A stretch of DNA of 64,000 nucleotides, taken from contig JACRIL010000152.1 of NCBI GenBank assembly GCA_016235825.1, forward strand, positions 53,414 through 117,413. The letters are read 5' to 3'. The notes beneath the pieces were generated by a model. The model was not told the DNA's origin, did not search any database, and saw only the letters and a list, made by a program, of their open reading frames with translations. Position numbers and translations under genes: made by a program. Below are positions 16,514 through 25,297 of this stretch, piece after piece; within the stretch, counting starts at the first letter, position 1; the number at the start of each line of letters is the position of its first letter. The DNA is from Planctomycetota bacterium (lineage in GTDB: Bacteria > Planctomycetota > Phycisphaerae > SM23-33).

Positions 16514-18841
16514 ATGCTCAATCTTGTTCCTTGTCCGATGCAAGTACGCCAGATGCCCGGAAGTTTCCTGCTGTCGGCGAAAGCCGCCCGGCTGGGTTCG
16601 TGGCCAGCGCCCGGCATTACGGAATCGGTGCGGCACAAACTGAAGTCCCTGGGTTTTTCCATCATCCGCGACGCAAGCCTGCCGGAACTTACCGTCATTT
16701 TCGGCTCGCCGTCGCTGAAAAACCCCGATCCGCCGTCCAGGCCGGAAGGTTACGCGCTTCATTGCGACCGGAATGGCGTTGCGGTTCGAGGCCGCGACGC
16801 GGACGGGCTTTTCTGGGGCCTCGTTACGCTCGAACAGCTTCTTGACGGCGGGCGCCGCGTGCCGTGCGTCGAAATCCATGACGCCCCGGCGTATCCCTTC
16901 CGGAAGCACGTAGACGACATCTCCCGCAGGCAGATTTCCCGGCTCGATGATTTCATGGAGATCATCCGCCGGCTGTCGTACTACAAGATCCGGTACTATT
17001 GCCCGTATATGGAGGACGTTCTTTACATAAGAAGTTTTCCCGAGATCGGCCAAGGCCGCGGGCGGCTCACGCCGGCCGAATTACGAACCATGCACGCCGA
17101 GGCGCGCAGGCACAACATTACCATCCTGCCGAAATATTCGCTGCTGGGCCACCAGGAGAACCTGCTGAGCCACCGGAAGTTCCGCAAGTATGCCCGCGAG
17201 GTTTTCCAGTTTCCTTCGGCATATGACGTGCGTAAGCCCATCCTCCGCCCGTATCTCCGCAAGGTCATACGGGACGTCTGCGGGCTTTTCCCGGACTCGC
17301 CATATTTTAACGCCCAGTTTGACGAGGTGATCGGGCTTACCGAGAAGGAATTCATGGCCCACGCCCTGTGGTGCGCCAAAGAGCTTGCCCGATACGGCAA
17401 GCGGATGATGATGGCTGCGGACATGTTCAAGAACCATTACGGCCTGAAAAAGATCCGGCGCCTGACCGGCGGCATTGTTACCAATGAATGGAACTACGGC
17501 GATCCTCGCAATGTGGAAAAGGCTTATCTCAAGCTGAAGTTGGCGCCGCTCGGACAGGCCGGCTACTGCAACTGGTGCGCGTTTCTGCCTTCATTCGTCA
17601 ACGCCAAGCGCAACATCGACCTGTGGACCGGCGTGATGCGCCGCTGGGGCGGGCCGGGCTTCGGCTCCTCGCAGTGGGGCGACGGCGGATACGAGAACCA
17701 CCGCGACCTCTGCTGGAACCTCTTTGCCTATTATGGCGAAGCGGTCTGGACCGGCCGGGCCGTGCAAAAAGACTTCGAGAGCCGCTTCCAGGCCACGTTT
17801 TACGGCGCGCCGCTGCCGGGCCTTAAAAAGATTGTTGAAGAAATTGCGCCGGCCCGGAAAATCGCCCCTGCGCAATCGTGGAAACTTTTCCGCATGCCCT
17901 GGAACGGGCTGGTGCGGTTCGCGGCCGTGAAAAAGGACTCGCTGAAAGACGCCCGGACCGATCTGGCCGCGATCCGCAAAGGCCTGGCCCTGCTGAAAAC
18001 CTGCCGGCCGAAACGAAATGCCGCGCACCTGGAGCATTTTCGAGTGGCGCTGGAGCGCGAGCGCCACGTGCGCGAGCGGCTTTTGCTGGCCGGCCGCGCC
18101 GCCGCCGGACTTGCGGGGCCGGCTCTTGCCAGGGCCGCCCGCAAAATGCTGGGCGACCTGCGGGCTGTTCGCAAAATGTACGAGCGGGACTGGCTGAGAA
18201 ACAACAAACGTCCCAACATCGAGGTCTCCCTGAAAGTATTCGACGATTTCGCCGATTCGATGCGTCAGGCCATGACCTCGTGCAGCCGACAGTCCGGCAG
18301 GTATCGTTGTCTGGACCTCGGCGGATTTTACAATACATATATTCCCGACGTCGGCGGCGTGCCGATCGGACCGGGGATGGTAAACGGCGTGCCGTTCCGG
18401 TTTGCGGGCCTGCATCATTCGCACGCCGACCTGACGCACGACAAGCCGCTGTGCCTGCAATTCAAGGCCTGCAAAGTCAGCGACATACATATAATCTGCG
18501 GCGGCCAGAGAATCGCGGCCGATCTCAAAAAAATCGGACCCATGGCCGAGATTGCCCTGTACCACAAAGGCAAAATCGTGTTTTCTGAAAAGCTGCTTTC
18601 CATACGGCATATATGTGACTGGTGGGCGCCGCTGGGCGAGCATATATGGGCCGGCGGCGGATTTCTGCACGTGGACCGCAAACGCGTATCTTACGCCCTC
18701 AAGCCCGGGCAGATGCACGGGCTGACGCACCTGTCCAGATTCAAGGTCGTTGGCAGACGGGCCGACGCCCTCCGCATCCGCCTTATTGATAAAGGCCCCC
18801 AGGCTATCGGCCTGTTCGCGGCGACGATAGAAACCGTTTAA
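16514..18841 (+). CDS. Glycoside hydrolase, GH20-like (beta-N-acetylhexosaminidase-like) TIM-barrel enzyme, paralog 1
   Basis: 775 aa; N-terminal LNLVPCPMQVRQMPGSF matches GH20b-domain start (IP-P-x...G-F); HDAPAYPFRKHVDDISRRQ...YKIRYYCPYMED aligns to GH20 DxPRFxYRGxMLDxSRHF...LNxxHWHLTDD; candidate acid pair in FNAQFDEVIG. Family assignment tentative. Confidence 0.45.
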   Translation: MLNLVPCPMQVRQMPGSFLLSAKAARLGSWPAPGITESVRHKLKSLGFSIIRDASLPELTVIFGSPSLKNPDPPSRPEGYALHCDRNGVAVRGRDADGLFWGLVTLEQLLDGGRRVPCVEIHDAPAYPFRKHVDDISRRQISRLDDFMEIIRRLSYYKIRYYCPYMEDVLYIRSFPEIGQGRGRLTPAELRTMHAEARRHNITILPKYSLLGHQENLLSHRKFRKYAREVFQFPSAYDVRKPILRPYLRKVIRDVCGLFPDSPYFNAQFDEVIGLTEKEFMAHALWCAKELARYGKRMMMAADMFKNHYGLKKIRRLTGGIVTNEWNYGDPRNVEKAYLKLKLAPLGQAGYCNWCAFLPSFVNAKRNIDLWTGVMRRWGGPGFGSSQWGDGGYENHRDLCWNLFAYYGEAVWTGRAVQKDFESRFQATFYGAPLPGLKKIVEEIAPARKIAPAQSWKLFRMPWNGLVRFAAVKKDSLKDARTDLAAIRKGLALLKTCRPKRNAAHLEHFRVALERERHVRERLLLAGRAAAGLAGPALARAARKMLGDLRAVRKMYERDWLRNNKRPNIEVSLKVFDDFADSMRQAMTSCSRQSGRYRCLDLGGFYNTYIPDVGGVPIGPGMVNGVPFRFAGLHHSHADLTHDKPLCLQFKACKVSDIHIICGGQRIAADLKKIGPMAEIALYHKGKIVFSEKLLSIRHICDWWAPLGEHIWAGGGFLHVDRKRVSYALKPGQMHGLTHLSRFKVVGRRADALRIRLIDKGPQAIGLFAATIETV

Positions 18842-18871
18842 AATCTGAAGCACGTTCTTCCGGAGACAAAC

Positions 18872-21199
18872 ATGCTAAATCTTGTTCCGATGCCGACGCA
18901 AGTACGCCAGATGTCCGGCAGCTTTCTGCTGTCAGTAAAAACTGTCCGCATGGGTCGTCAGCGGCCGGTCGGCGTTACGGAACCTGTCCGGCACAAACTG
19001 AAGACCCTGGGCTTTTCCATCATCCGCGACGACAGCCTGCCGGAGCTGACAGCCGTTTTCAGCTCGCCGTCGCTGAAGAGCCTCAATCCTCCGGCCAAAG
19101 CGGAAGGTTACGCGCTTTGCTGCGACCGGAATGGCGTTGCGGTCCGAGGCCGCGACGCGGACGGGTTATTCTGGGGCCTCGTTACGCTCGAACAGCTTCT
19201 TAACGGCGGCCGCCGCGTGCCGTGCGTCGAGATTCGCGACGCCCCGGCGTATCCCTACCGGGTGCACATGGACGACATCTCCCGCAAGCAGATTTCCACG
19301 CTCGGAGATTTCAGGGAGATCGTCCGCCGGCTGTCGTATTACAAGATCCGTTATTACTGCCCGTACATCGAGGACGTTCTTTATATAAAAAGTTTTCCCG
19401 AGATCGGCGCCGGCCGCGGCCGGCTGACCCCGCCGGAAGTGCGGGCCATGCGCGCCGAGGCCAGGCGACACAATGTGATCATCCTTCCTGACTATTCCCT
19501 GTTGGGCCACCAGGAGAACCTTCTTGCCCGCCCGAAGTTCAGCAAGTACGCCCGCGAGGTTTTCCAGCTTCCTTCCGCCTACGACGTGCGCAAGCCGATC
19601 CTTCGCCCGTATCTCCGCAAGGTCATCCGCGACGTCTGCGAGCTTTTCCCGGACTCGCCCATTTTCTGCGCCGCCTTTGACGAGGTGATCGGGCTTACGG
19701 AAAAAGAATTCATGGGGCACGCCTTGTGGTGCTCCAAAGAACTCGCACGGTACGGCAAGCGGATGATGGTCTGCATGGACATGTTCAAGAACCACTACGG
19801 CCTGCATAAGATCCGCCGTCTGGGTTCCGATGTAATTCCGCTGGAATGGGGCTACGGCGACCCTCGCAAGGTGGAAAAGGCCTATCTCAAACTGAAGATG
19901 GCGCCGTTCGGCCTGTCGGGGTATAATAACTGGTGCATGTTCCTGCCGACGTTCACTGACGGCAAGCACAACATCGACCTGTGGACCGGCGTGATGCGCC
20001 GCTGGGGCGGCCCGGGTTTCGGCGCCTCGCAGTGGGGCGACAGCGGTTACGAAAACCATCGCGACCTTTGCTGGAACCTCTTTGCCTATTATGGCGAAGC
20101 GGTCTGGACCGGCCGGGCCGTCGGCAAAAATTTTGAAAGCAGATTTCAGACCACGTTCTACGGCCGGCCGCTGCCGGGTCTTAAAAAGATCGTGGAAGAT
20201 ATCGCTCCGGCGCGGAAAATCGCCCCGGTGCAGTCGTGGAAGCTCTTCCGGATGCCATGGAACGGGCTGGTGCGTTTGGCGGCCGTGAGAAAGAACTCGC
20301 TGAAAGACGCCCGGACCGACCTGACCGCGATCCGCAAAGGCCTGGCCCTGCTGAAAATCTGCCGGCCCAAACGAAATGCCGCGCACCTGGAGCATTTTCG
20401 AGTGGCGCTGGAGCGCGAGCGCCACGTGCGCGAGCGGCTTCTGCTGGCCGGCCGCGCCGCCGCCGGACTTGCGGGGCCGGCTCTTGCCGGGGCCTTCCGC
20501 AAAACGCTGGCCGACCTGAAGGCCGTCCGCAAAATGTACATCCGCGACTGGCTGCGAAACAACAAACGCCCCAACATTGAGTTCTCGCTGGATGTTTGCG
20601 ACGAAGTCGCCGATTCCATGCGGCAGGCCGTGTCGCCCGCCAAGGCGCCGTCGGGCAAATATCTCTGCCTCGATCTGGGCAAGCGATACGACGCCTATGT
20701 TCCCGACGTCGGCGGCGTGCCGATCGGACCGGGAACAATGAACAACCTGCCGTTCCGGTTTGCGGGTCTGCACCACTCGCACGCCGATCTGACGCACGAC
20801 AAGCCGGTCGATCTGCGGTTCACGCCGTGCAGAATACGCGACCTGCACATCATCTGCGGCGGGCAATACATCGTGCGGGACCTCAAGAAGATATCTCCCC
20901 TCGTCGAGGTCGTCCTCTCGCGCAAGGGCAGGATCGTGTTTTCCGAGAAACTGCTTTCTATACGGCACATCTGCGACTGGTGGGCGCCGCTGGGCGAGCA
21001 TATGTGGTCCGGCGGCGGATATCGCCACGTGGACCGCAAACGCGTATCCTACGCCCTCAAGCCCGGCCACATGCACGGGCTGACGCACCTGTCCGGGTTC
21101 AACATCCGCGGCGTGGAGGCCGACGCACTTTCCCTGCGGCTGCCGGGCAATGCCAAAGAGACCGTCGGTCTGTTCGCGATCACCGCGCAGATCGTTTAG
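18872..21199 (+). CDS. Glycoside hydrolase, GH20-like, paralog 2 (tandem duplicate of 16514-18841)
   Basis: 775 aa, collinear and ~80% identical by eye to paralog 1 over the full length; 30-nt spacer between copies. Confidence 0.45.
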   Translation: MLNLVPMPTQVRQMSGSFLLSVKTVRMGRQRPVGVTEPVRHKLKTLGFSIIRDDSLPELTAVFSSPSLKSLNPPAKAEGYALCCDRNGVAVRGRDADGLFWGLVTLEQLLNGGRRVPCVEIRDAPAYPYRVHMDDISRKQISTLGDFREIVRRLSYYKIRYYCPYIEDVLYIKSFPEIGAGRGRLTPPEVRAMRAEARRHNVIILPDYSLLGHQENLLARPKFSKYAREVFQLPSAYDVRKPILRPYLRKVIRDVCELFPDSPIFCAAFDEVIGLTEKEFMGHALWCSKELARYGKRMMVCMDMFKNHYGLHKIRRLGSDVIPLEWGYGDPRKVEKAYLKLKMAPFGLSGYNNWCMFLPTFTDGKHNIDLWTGVMRRWGGPGFGASQWGDSGYENHRDLCWNLFAYYGEAVWTGRAVGKNFESRFQTTFYGRPLPGLKKIVEDIAPARKIAPVQSWKLFRMPWNGLVRLAAVRKNSLKDARTDLTAIRKGLALLKICRPKRNAAHLEHFRVALERERHVRERLLLAGRAAAGLAGPALAGAFRKTLADLKAVRKMYIRDWLRNNKRPNIEFSLDVCDEVADSMRQAVSPAKAPSGKYLCLDLGKRYDAYVPDVGGVPIGPGTMNNLPFRFAGLHHSHADLTHDKPVDLRFTPCRIRDLHIICGGQYIVRDLKKISPLVEVVLSRKGRIVFSEKLLSIRHICDWWAPLGEHMWSGGGYRHVDRKRVSYALKPGHMHGLTHLSGFNIRGVEADALSLRLPGNAKETVGLFAITAQIV

Positions 21200-21225
21200 C
21201 ATAGGGTTGTGTGTGCTGTTCCGCG

Positions 21226-22185
21226 TCAATTGCCGAACATGGTGCGGTATTTCATGAGCGCCAGGCAGATGGCCTCGATATTCTCCAGAGGCACGCCGTC
21301 GTCGACCTCGGCGGTCAGCCACAGGCCGCCCGCCGGACTGCCCATCGCTTCGACACATTCGCGAACGTGGCGATCAATCTCATCGGGCGCGGCGAACGGA
21401 AACAACTGCCTGTCCAGGTCCAGGTCGATGCACACCTTCCCCTTGCAGACTCCGACAAGGTTGTCCAGGCCGTTGGCCCGAATCTGCGGATTGACCACGT
21501 TGACCCCGCAGTCGGCCAGGTCCGGGATGATCTCGTAAATGTGGCCGTCGGTGTGCATATAGACGCATGCGCCGGCCTTGCGGCACCGGCCGTAGATCGC
21601 CGCGAAGCATGGTTTGAGGTATTTACGCCACTTGGCGGGACTGATCGGCAGACTGTTCTGAATGCCCAGATCGTCGCCGAAGTGCATCATATCGTCGCCC
21701 TTTAGCCCGGCAATCGCCAGATCGACCTGCCTGAGGTTGTACTCCAGCACCACGTCGATCAGTTTCTGAAGTTCCGGCGGCTCCTCGGCAAAATCGACCA
21801 TTATTTCCTCAAAGCCCCGCAGGTCCGCCAGCCGGAGGTACATGAAACCGTGCGGCAGGCCCGCGTCTTTTGTGGGCATCCGGAGTTTCCATACATCTTG
21901 GCGATTCGGCAGCGGATGCATCTTCACGATGGCCTCGTGGCCGTGGTAGACGTTGCTCCAGACGCAGCCCCATGCGTCCGTGTGGTCGCCCGCGGCATAC
22001 GTCTGGCTCCACAACTTGTCATAGTCGGTCTTGCCGGCCGGCAGCAATTCGGAATATCGTCCGGCGATCGCGCTGAGCTGGTCGCGGTACTTCATCCACG
22101 CCGCCGGCAGCACGCCCAGCCGCACAGGAATCATTTTTGGCCGGTCGAACTTCATGGCGCGAATCTGGTCATCCGACATCTTCAT
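21226..22185 (-). CDS. Uroporphyrinogen decarboxylase (URO-D) family protein (UroD/MtaA-like)
   Basis: 319 aa; HTDGHIYEIIPDLADCGVNVVNP and overall layout typical of URO-D-fold proteins frequently found beside glycosidases in PVC bacteria. Confidence 0.6.
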   Translation of the reverse strand: MKMSDDQIRAMKFDRPKMIPVRLGVLPAAWMKYRDQLSAIAGRYSELLPAGKTDYDKLWSQTYAAGDHTDAWGCVWSNVYHGHEAIVKMHPLPNRQDVWKLRMPTKDAGLPHGFMYLRLADLRGFEEIMVDFAEEPPELQKLIDVVLEYNLRQVDLAIAGLKGDDMMHFGDDLGIQNSLPISPAKWRKYLKPCFAAIYGRCRKAGACVYMHTDGHIYEIIPDLADCGVNVVNPQIRANGLDNLVGVCKGKVCIDLDLDRQLFPFAAPDEIDRHVRECVEAMGSPAGGLWLTAEVDDGVPLENIEAICLALMKYRTMFGN

Positions 22186-22221
22186 GATATAGGTTCCTTC
22201 ATTATCCGATGTAATGATAGC

Positions 22222-22407
22222 ATGTATGAAATCGTATTGCGATATTTCATGCGGGCCAAGATCGACGCCGCCGCAAAGATGCTCCGGGCCGGCTCGTCCG
22301 TAACCGCCGCCGCAATGAACCTGGACTTCTCCAGCAGCCGGTGCTTCGCCGCCGCCTTCAAACGCTTCACCAACCGCAGACCCGGCAGCCTGCTGAAATC
22401 GTTATAG
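22222..22407 (+). pseudogene. Truncated AraC-family HTH fragment (C-terminal helix-turn-helix only)
   Basis: YFMRAKIDAAAKMLRAGSSVTAAAMNLDFSSSRCFAAAFKRFTNRRPGS fits the second AraC HTH (..A..lL...sv.eIA...GF.d.syFsr.FKk.fG.sP); upstream sensor/first HTH absent (region occupied by uroD-like gene on opposite strand). Ends exactly where the low-GC island begins. Confidence 0.35.
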
Positions 22408-22584
22408 TCAAATGAAGACCGAAGATATGCTGTTTCCAGGAGCAATTCTCGCAAGAAACGCTTGCAGAGTTTTAGACGCAAGAGATAATGGAAGAAATCT
22501 TCTGTACCACAAGACTGTTTGGATCTGTTATTGTGCGAAGAAACTTATGAAACCGGAAATACCGTGCAATCAGGAGGTTCGACA

Positions 22585-23253
22585 ATGGACCGTTCAAACA
22601 TAGAATCGCAATTGGTGGAGTATTTACGCAAAGCCGGCAGAGATTTCATTCTCCTGTCGAAACTTAAACAGTCGTTACAAAAAGCTATCAGCAACAAGGA
22701 CGCAGTCGCACAGATAGAGAAGAATAATCGGCTGTCCATAATTAAAAAGGGGAAATCTACATATCTGGCTTTTCGGCAGCCTCCGGAGGTATTCGTGTTC
22801 ACTGCTATACAAAAGAAACCAGGACAATCCCCCGGGCAGATCGCGAAATCGACACCTTTGAAAATCCCCGACTTCATCGGGGCGATTAATGTTCTGATCG
22901 CGCGAGGCGATGTGCGTTGTGAAATTAATTCCAAATCATCCAAATATGACATCAAACTGCATCCGAGCAAGCCCAGCGGCAGTGGCAGCGAGGCGAGAGA
23001 AGACCGCGACTTATTCGCCAAAGCGGTCCGGGAACTGGACCGGGGGCAAATCTATATCCGCATCCATGCCGTCCGTGACCGCCTCGGCTGGACGCGCGAA
23101 CGATTTGACAGGATGATCGAGACGCTCCGCGACGAAGGCGTGATACAGTTGCACGCCGGCGACATTACCACGATGTCGAAGGAAGAGGTTGAAAAGAGCT
23201 TCGTCGATGAAAATAACTTCTTTTTTGCCACGCTCACGTGGAGAAAACCATGA
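22585..23253 (+). CDS. Triple winged-helix (wHTH) DNA-binding protein, first gene of low-GC three-gene island
   Basis: 222 aa from ATG 22585 preceded by strong SD caggagg (22571-22577); three wH-like segments (IESQLVEYLRKAGRDFILLSKL; PGQIAKSTPLKIPDFIGAINVLIARGDVRCEI; IRIHAVRDRLGWTRERFDRMIETLRDEGVIQLH). GC ~45% vs ~65% flanks. Confidence 0.5.
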   Translation: MDRSNIESQLVEYLRKAGRDFILLSKLKQSLQKAISNKDAVAQIEKNNRLSIIKKGKSTYLAFRQPPEVFVFTAIQKKPGQSPGQIAKSTPLKIPDFIGAINVLIARGDVRCEINSKSSKYDIKLHPSKPSGSGSEAREDRDLFAKAVRELDRGQIYIRIHAVRDRLGWTRERFDRMIETLRDEGVIQLHAGDITTMSKEEVEKSFVDENNFFFATLTWRKP

Positions 23254-25283
23254 CAACGCCGCAAGAACTCCTTAAGTCGAACAATCCTTTCTATTCGAAC
23301 CGCGTCGGCAATCCATGGGATGACCCCTATCCCGACGTGGAATCCATAAATCATAATGCCTTCGACGGCATTCTCCGTTTGCTCGGTTACAAGACCAAGA
23401 ACCCGAAGGACGCCTGCGCGGGTCTCGTTCTTGGCGAGACCGGTACAGGAAAAACGCATCTCTTGAAGCGGATTCTTCACGCGAGCCGCCGCACGGAGAC
23501 GCCAGCCGTCTTTACTTACGTCCGTCCCATCCTCGATACCACAGCACCGATGCGATACCTGCTCCGCGAGATCGTGATAAACCTTGGCAAAGAGAACGAT
23601 GAAGCACAAAAACGGACTCAACTCGACCTATTCGCGGCGCGAATCCTTATCGATTTCCTCCGCAACGACCAGGACCCAAATCGAAACGCCAAACTATTAA
23701 AGAAACTGGATGAGGATCCTTTCTACATATATCAGGCCAAGATTGATCCGAAGATTATGGAGGAGGCGGAGAAGCGGGCAATTCGGTATCTCCGGCGCAT
23801 CAGTCCAGACATAAGTTCTGATCTGCTGCGAGTGATTGTAAAATACCGCAAAAAGGAGATGCGCGACCTGGTGGTCTGCTGGATGCGAGGCGATGTTATC
23901 GACGGCGAGGAGGAAGCAAACCATCTCGGTACCACAACACGTGTGGACAAGGATATTGGCACTCTAGAACAAGAGGCTAAAGGTTTGATCCTGAGTCTTG
24001 GACAACTGATGGCCCGTTACGGCCGTCCGATGCTCGTCTGTTTCGATCAGCTAGACAACCTGTATGAACCGAGCGCCGTTCGCGCCCTTGAAGCCATGAT
24101 TAACATTCTGGTCCGCGAGGCGCAGGCTATGCTACCTCTTGCCTTTGTCCGGGCGGATTCTTGGAATGAACGTTTTAAAAAAACGATGGATATAGCCGTA
24201 GTTGAATGTCTGGAAGCCAATCGTTTTCTCTTGGAAAGCTGCTCGATGGAGCAGGCCGAGGAACTCGTACGTCGCCGCGTCCAAGCGTTTCTTGGTTCCC
24301 AGACCGAAATGGTGTTCCCTTGGCTGTGGGGACAACTCAAAGATCAAATCAAAAATGGTTATTTCCCAGGCCAAGTGATCGTCCTCGCCAAGCGGACCAT
24401 CGAATCTGAAGGAGAAGAAGGCATTCTCCGCAAATTGGAGGAAACGTACCACAATGAGTGCGAGGCGGTTCTCGCCGATCTCGCGTCCTGGTCTCCGGAT
24501 GGCGACCGACTTGCTTTGGCGCTGGAGACCTACCTGCAAGCGAGTCCCGACATCAAAGGATTGCGCAAGGGCAAAGAAAAGCATGTCTCTTTTGTATTCG
24601 AGGCTCCCGGTGAAAAAGGGAAGGACATCCCGCATATCGCCATTGTCAATGTCGGAGGCGGGTATCATCGCATCGGCAACTGCCTCAAAACGGGAATCGA
24701 ATTCCTTCAAAAATATCCCGAAGGGCAAGGGCGATGTTTCTACATCTCAGATGCTCGCAACTCCATCCCAATTCCTCCTCGGTGGAAAGCCACAAATGAG
24801 TTGCGCCAGACGTTCGAGACCATGGGCGGAATCATGCTTATCCTGGACAAGGATGCAGTCGCGCGATGGTACGCGATCACCTCGCTCGTTTTCAAGGTGA
24901 ACGAGGGTGACATACAGGTCGAGGAAGGTTCCGGGAAACTCAGGGCGGCAACCCGCGAGGAACTGAACCAGATGTTACGGGAAGGCATTTCAAAAGGTTC
25001 GTTCCCTTCCTTGCTGACGGCGGTTAAAGGTCCGGAGACGGCCAAGCCGCAGCCGGAAACGCCGAAGCGGCAGGATGAGACGCGGATGATGGCGTCGGTC
25101 AAGAGTTGTCTCAAGGACAGCCCCATGCGGATGTTGACGATCTCCGTTCTTCTCGGCAAGCTTATACAAAACAAGGTGAAGCTGGATCATGCCGGGCTTC
25201 TCGCATTTTTGGGACAGCATAAGAATATTTTCCGTTTGTTCGAGAACAAGCAGGGCATGACGGTTATGCTCGACCAAACTTGA
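23250..25283 (+). CDS. P-loop NTPase (AAA+/STAND- or Orc/Cdc6-like Walker A GxxGTGKT) with C-terminal wH-like domain
   Basis: Walker A LVLGETGTGKTHLLKRIL, Walker B-like RPMLVCFDQLDNL; ATG 23250 overlaps stop TGA of upstream gene (ATGA) indicating translational coupling; C-terminal LTISVLLGKLIQNKVKLDHAGLLAFLG wH-like. Confidence 0.6.
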   Translation: MTTPQELLKSNNPFYSNRVGNPWDDPYPDVESINHNAFDGILRLLGYKTKNPKDACAGLVLGETGTGKTHLLKRILHASRRTETPAVFTYVRPILDTTAPMRYLLREIVINLGKENDEAQKRTQLDLFAARILIDFLRNDQDPNRNAKLLKKLDEDPFYIYQAKIDPKIMEEAEKRAIRYLRRISPDISSDLLRVIVKYRKKEMRDLVVCWMRGDVIDGEEEANHLGTTTRVDKDIGTLEQEAKGLILSLGQLMARYGRPMLVCFDQLDNLYEPSAVRALEAMINILVREAQAMLPLAFVRADSWNERFKKTMDIAVVECLEANRFLLESCSMEQAEELVRRRVQAFLGSQTEMVFPWLWGQLKDQIKNGYFPGQVIVLAKRTIESEGEEGILRKLEETYHNECEAVLADLASWSPDGDRLALALETYLQASPDIKGLRKGKEKHVSFVFEAPGEKGKDIPHIAIVNVGGGYHRIGNCLKTGIEFLQKYPEGQGRCFYISDARNSIPIPPRWKATNELRQTFETMGGIMLILDKDAVARWYAITSLVFKVNEGDIQVEEGSGKLRAATREELNQMLREGISKGSFPSLLTAVKGPETAKPQPETPKRQDETRMMASVKSCLKDSPMRMLTISVLLGKLIQNKVKLDHAGLLAFLGQHKNIFRLFENKQGMTVMLDQT

Positions 25284-25297
25284 CAGGACATGTTACC

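Noticed and set aside
19166-21358. 730-aa minus-strand ORF (and the similar 420-aa ORF 17591-18853) running antisense through the glycosidase paralogs
   Set aside because: Translations are Arg/Ala/Gly/Pro-rich low-complexity typical of antisense frames in high-GC coding DNA. The plus-strand proteins have clear GH20-like motifs and N-terminal domain signatures.
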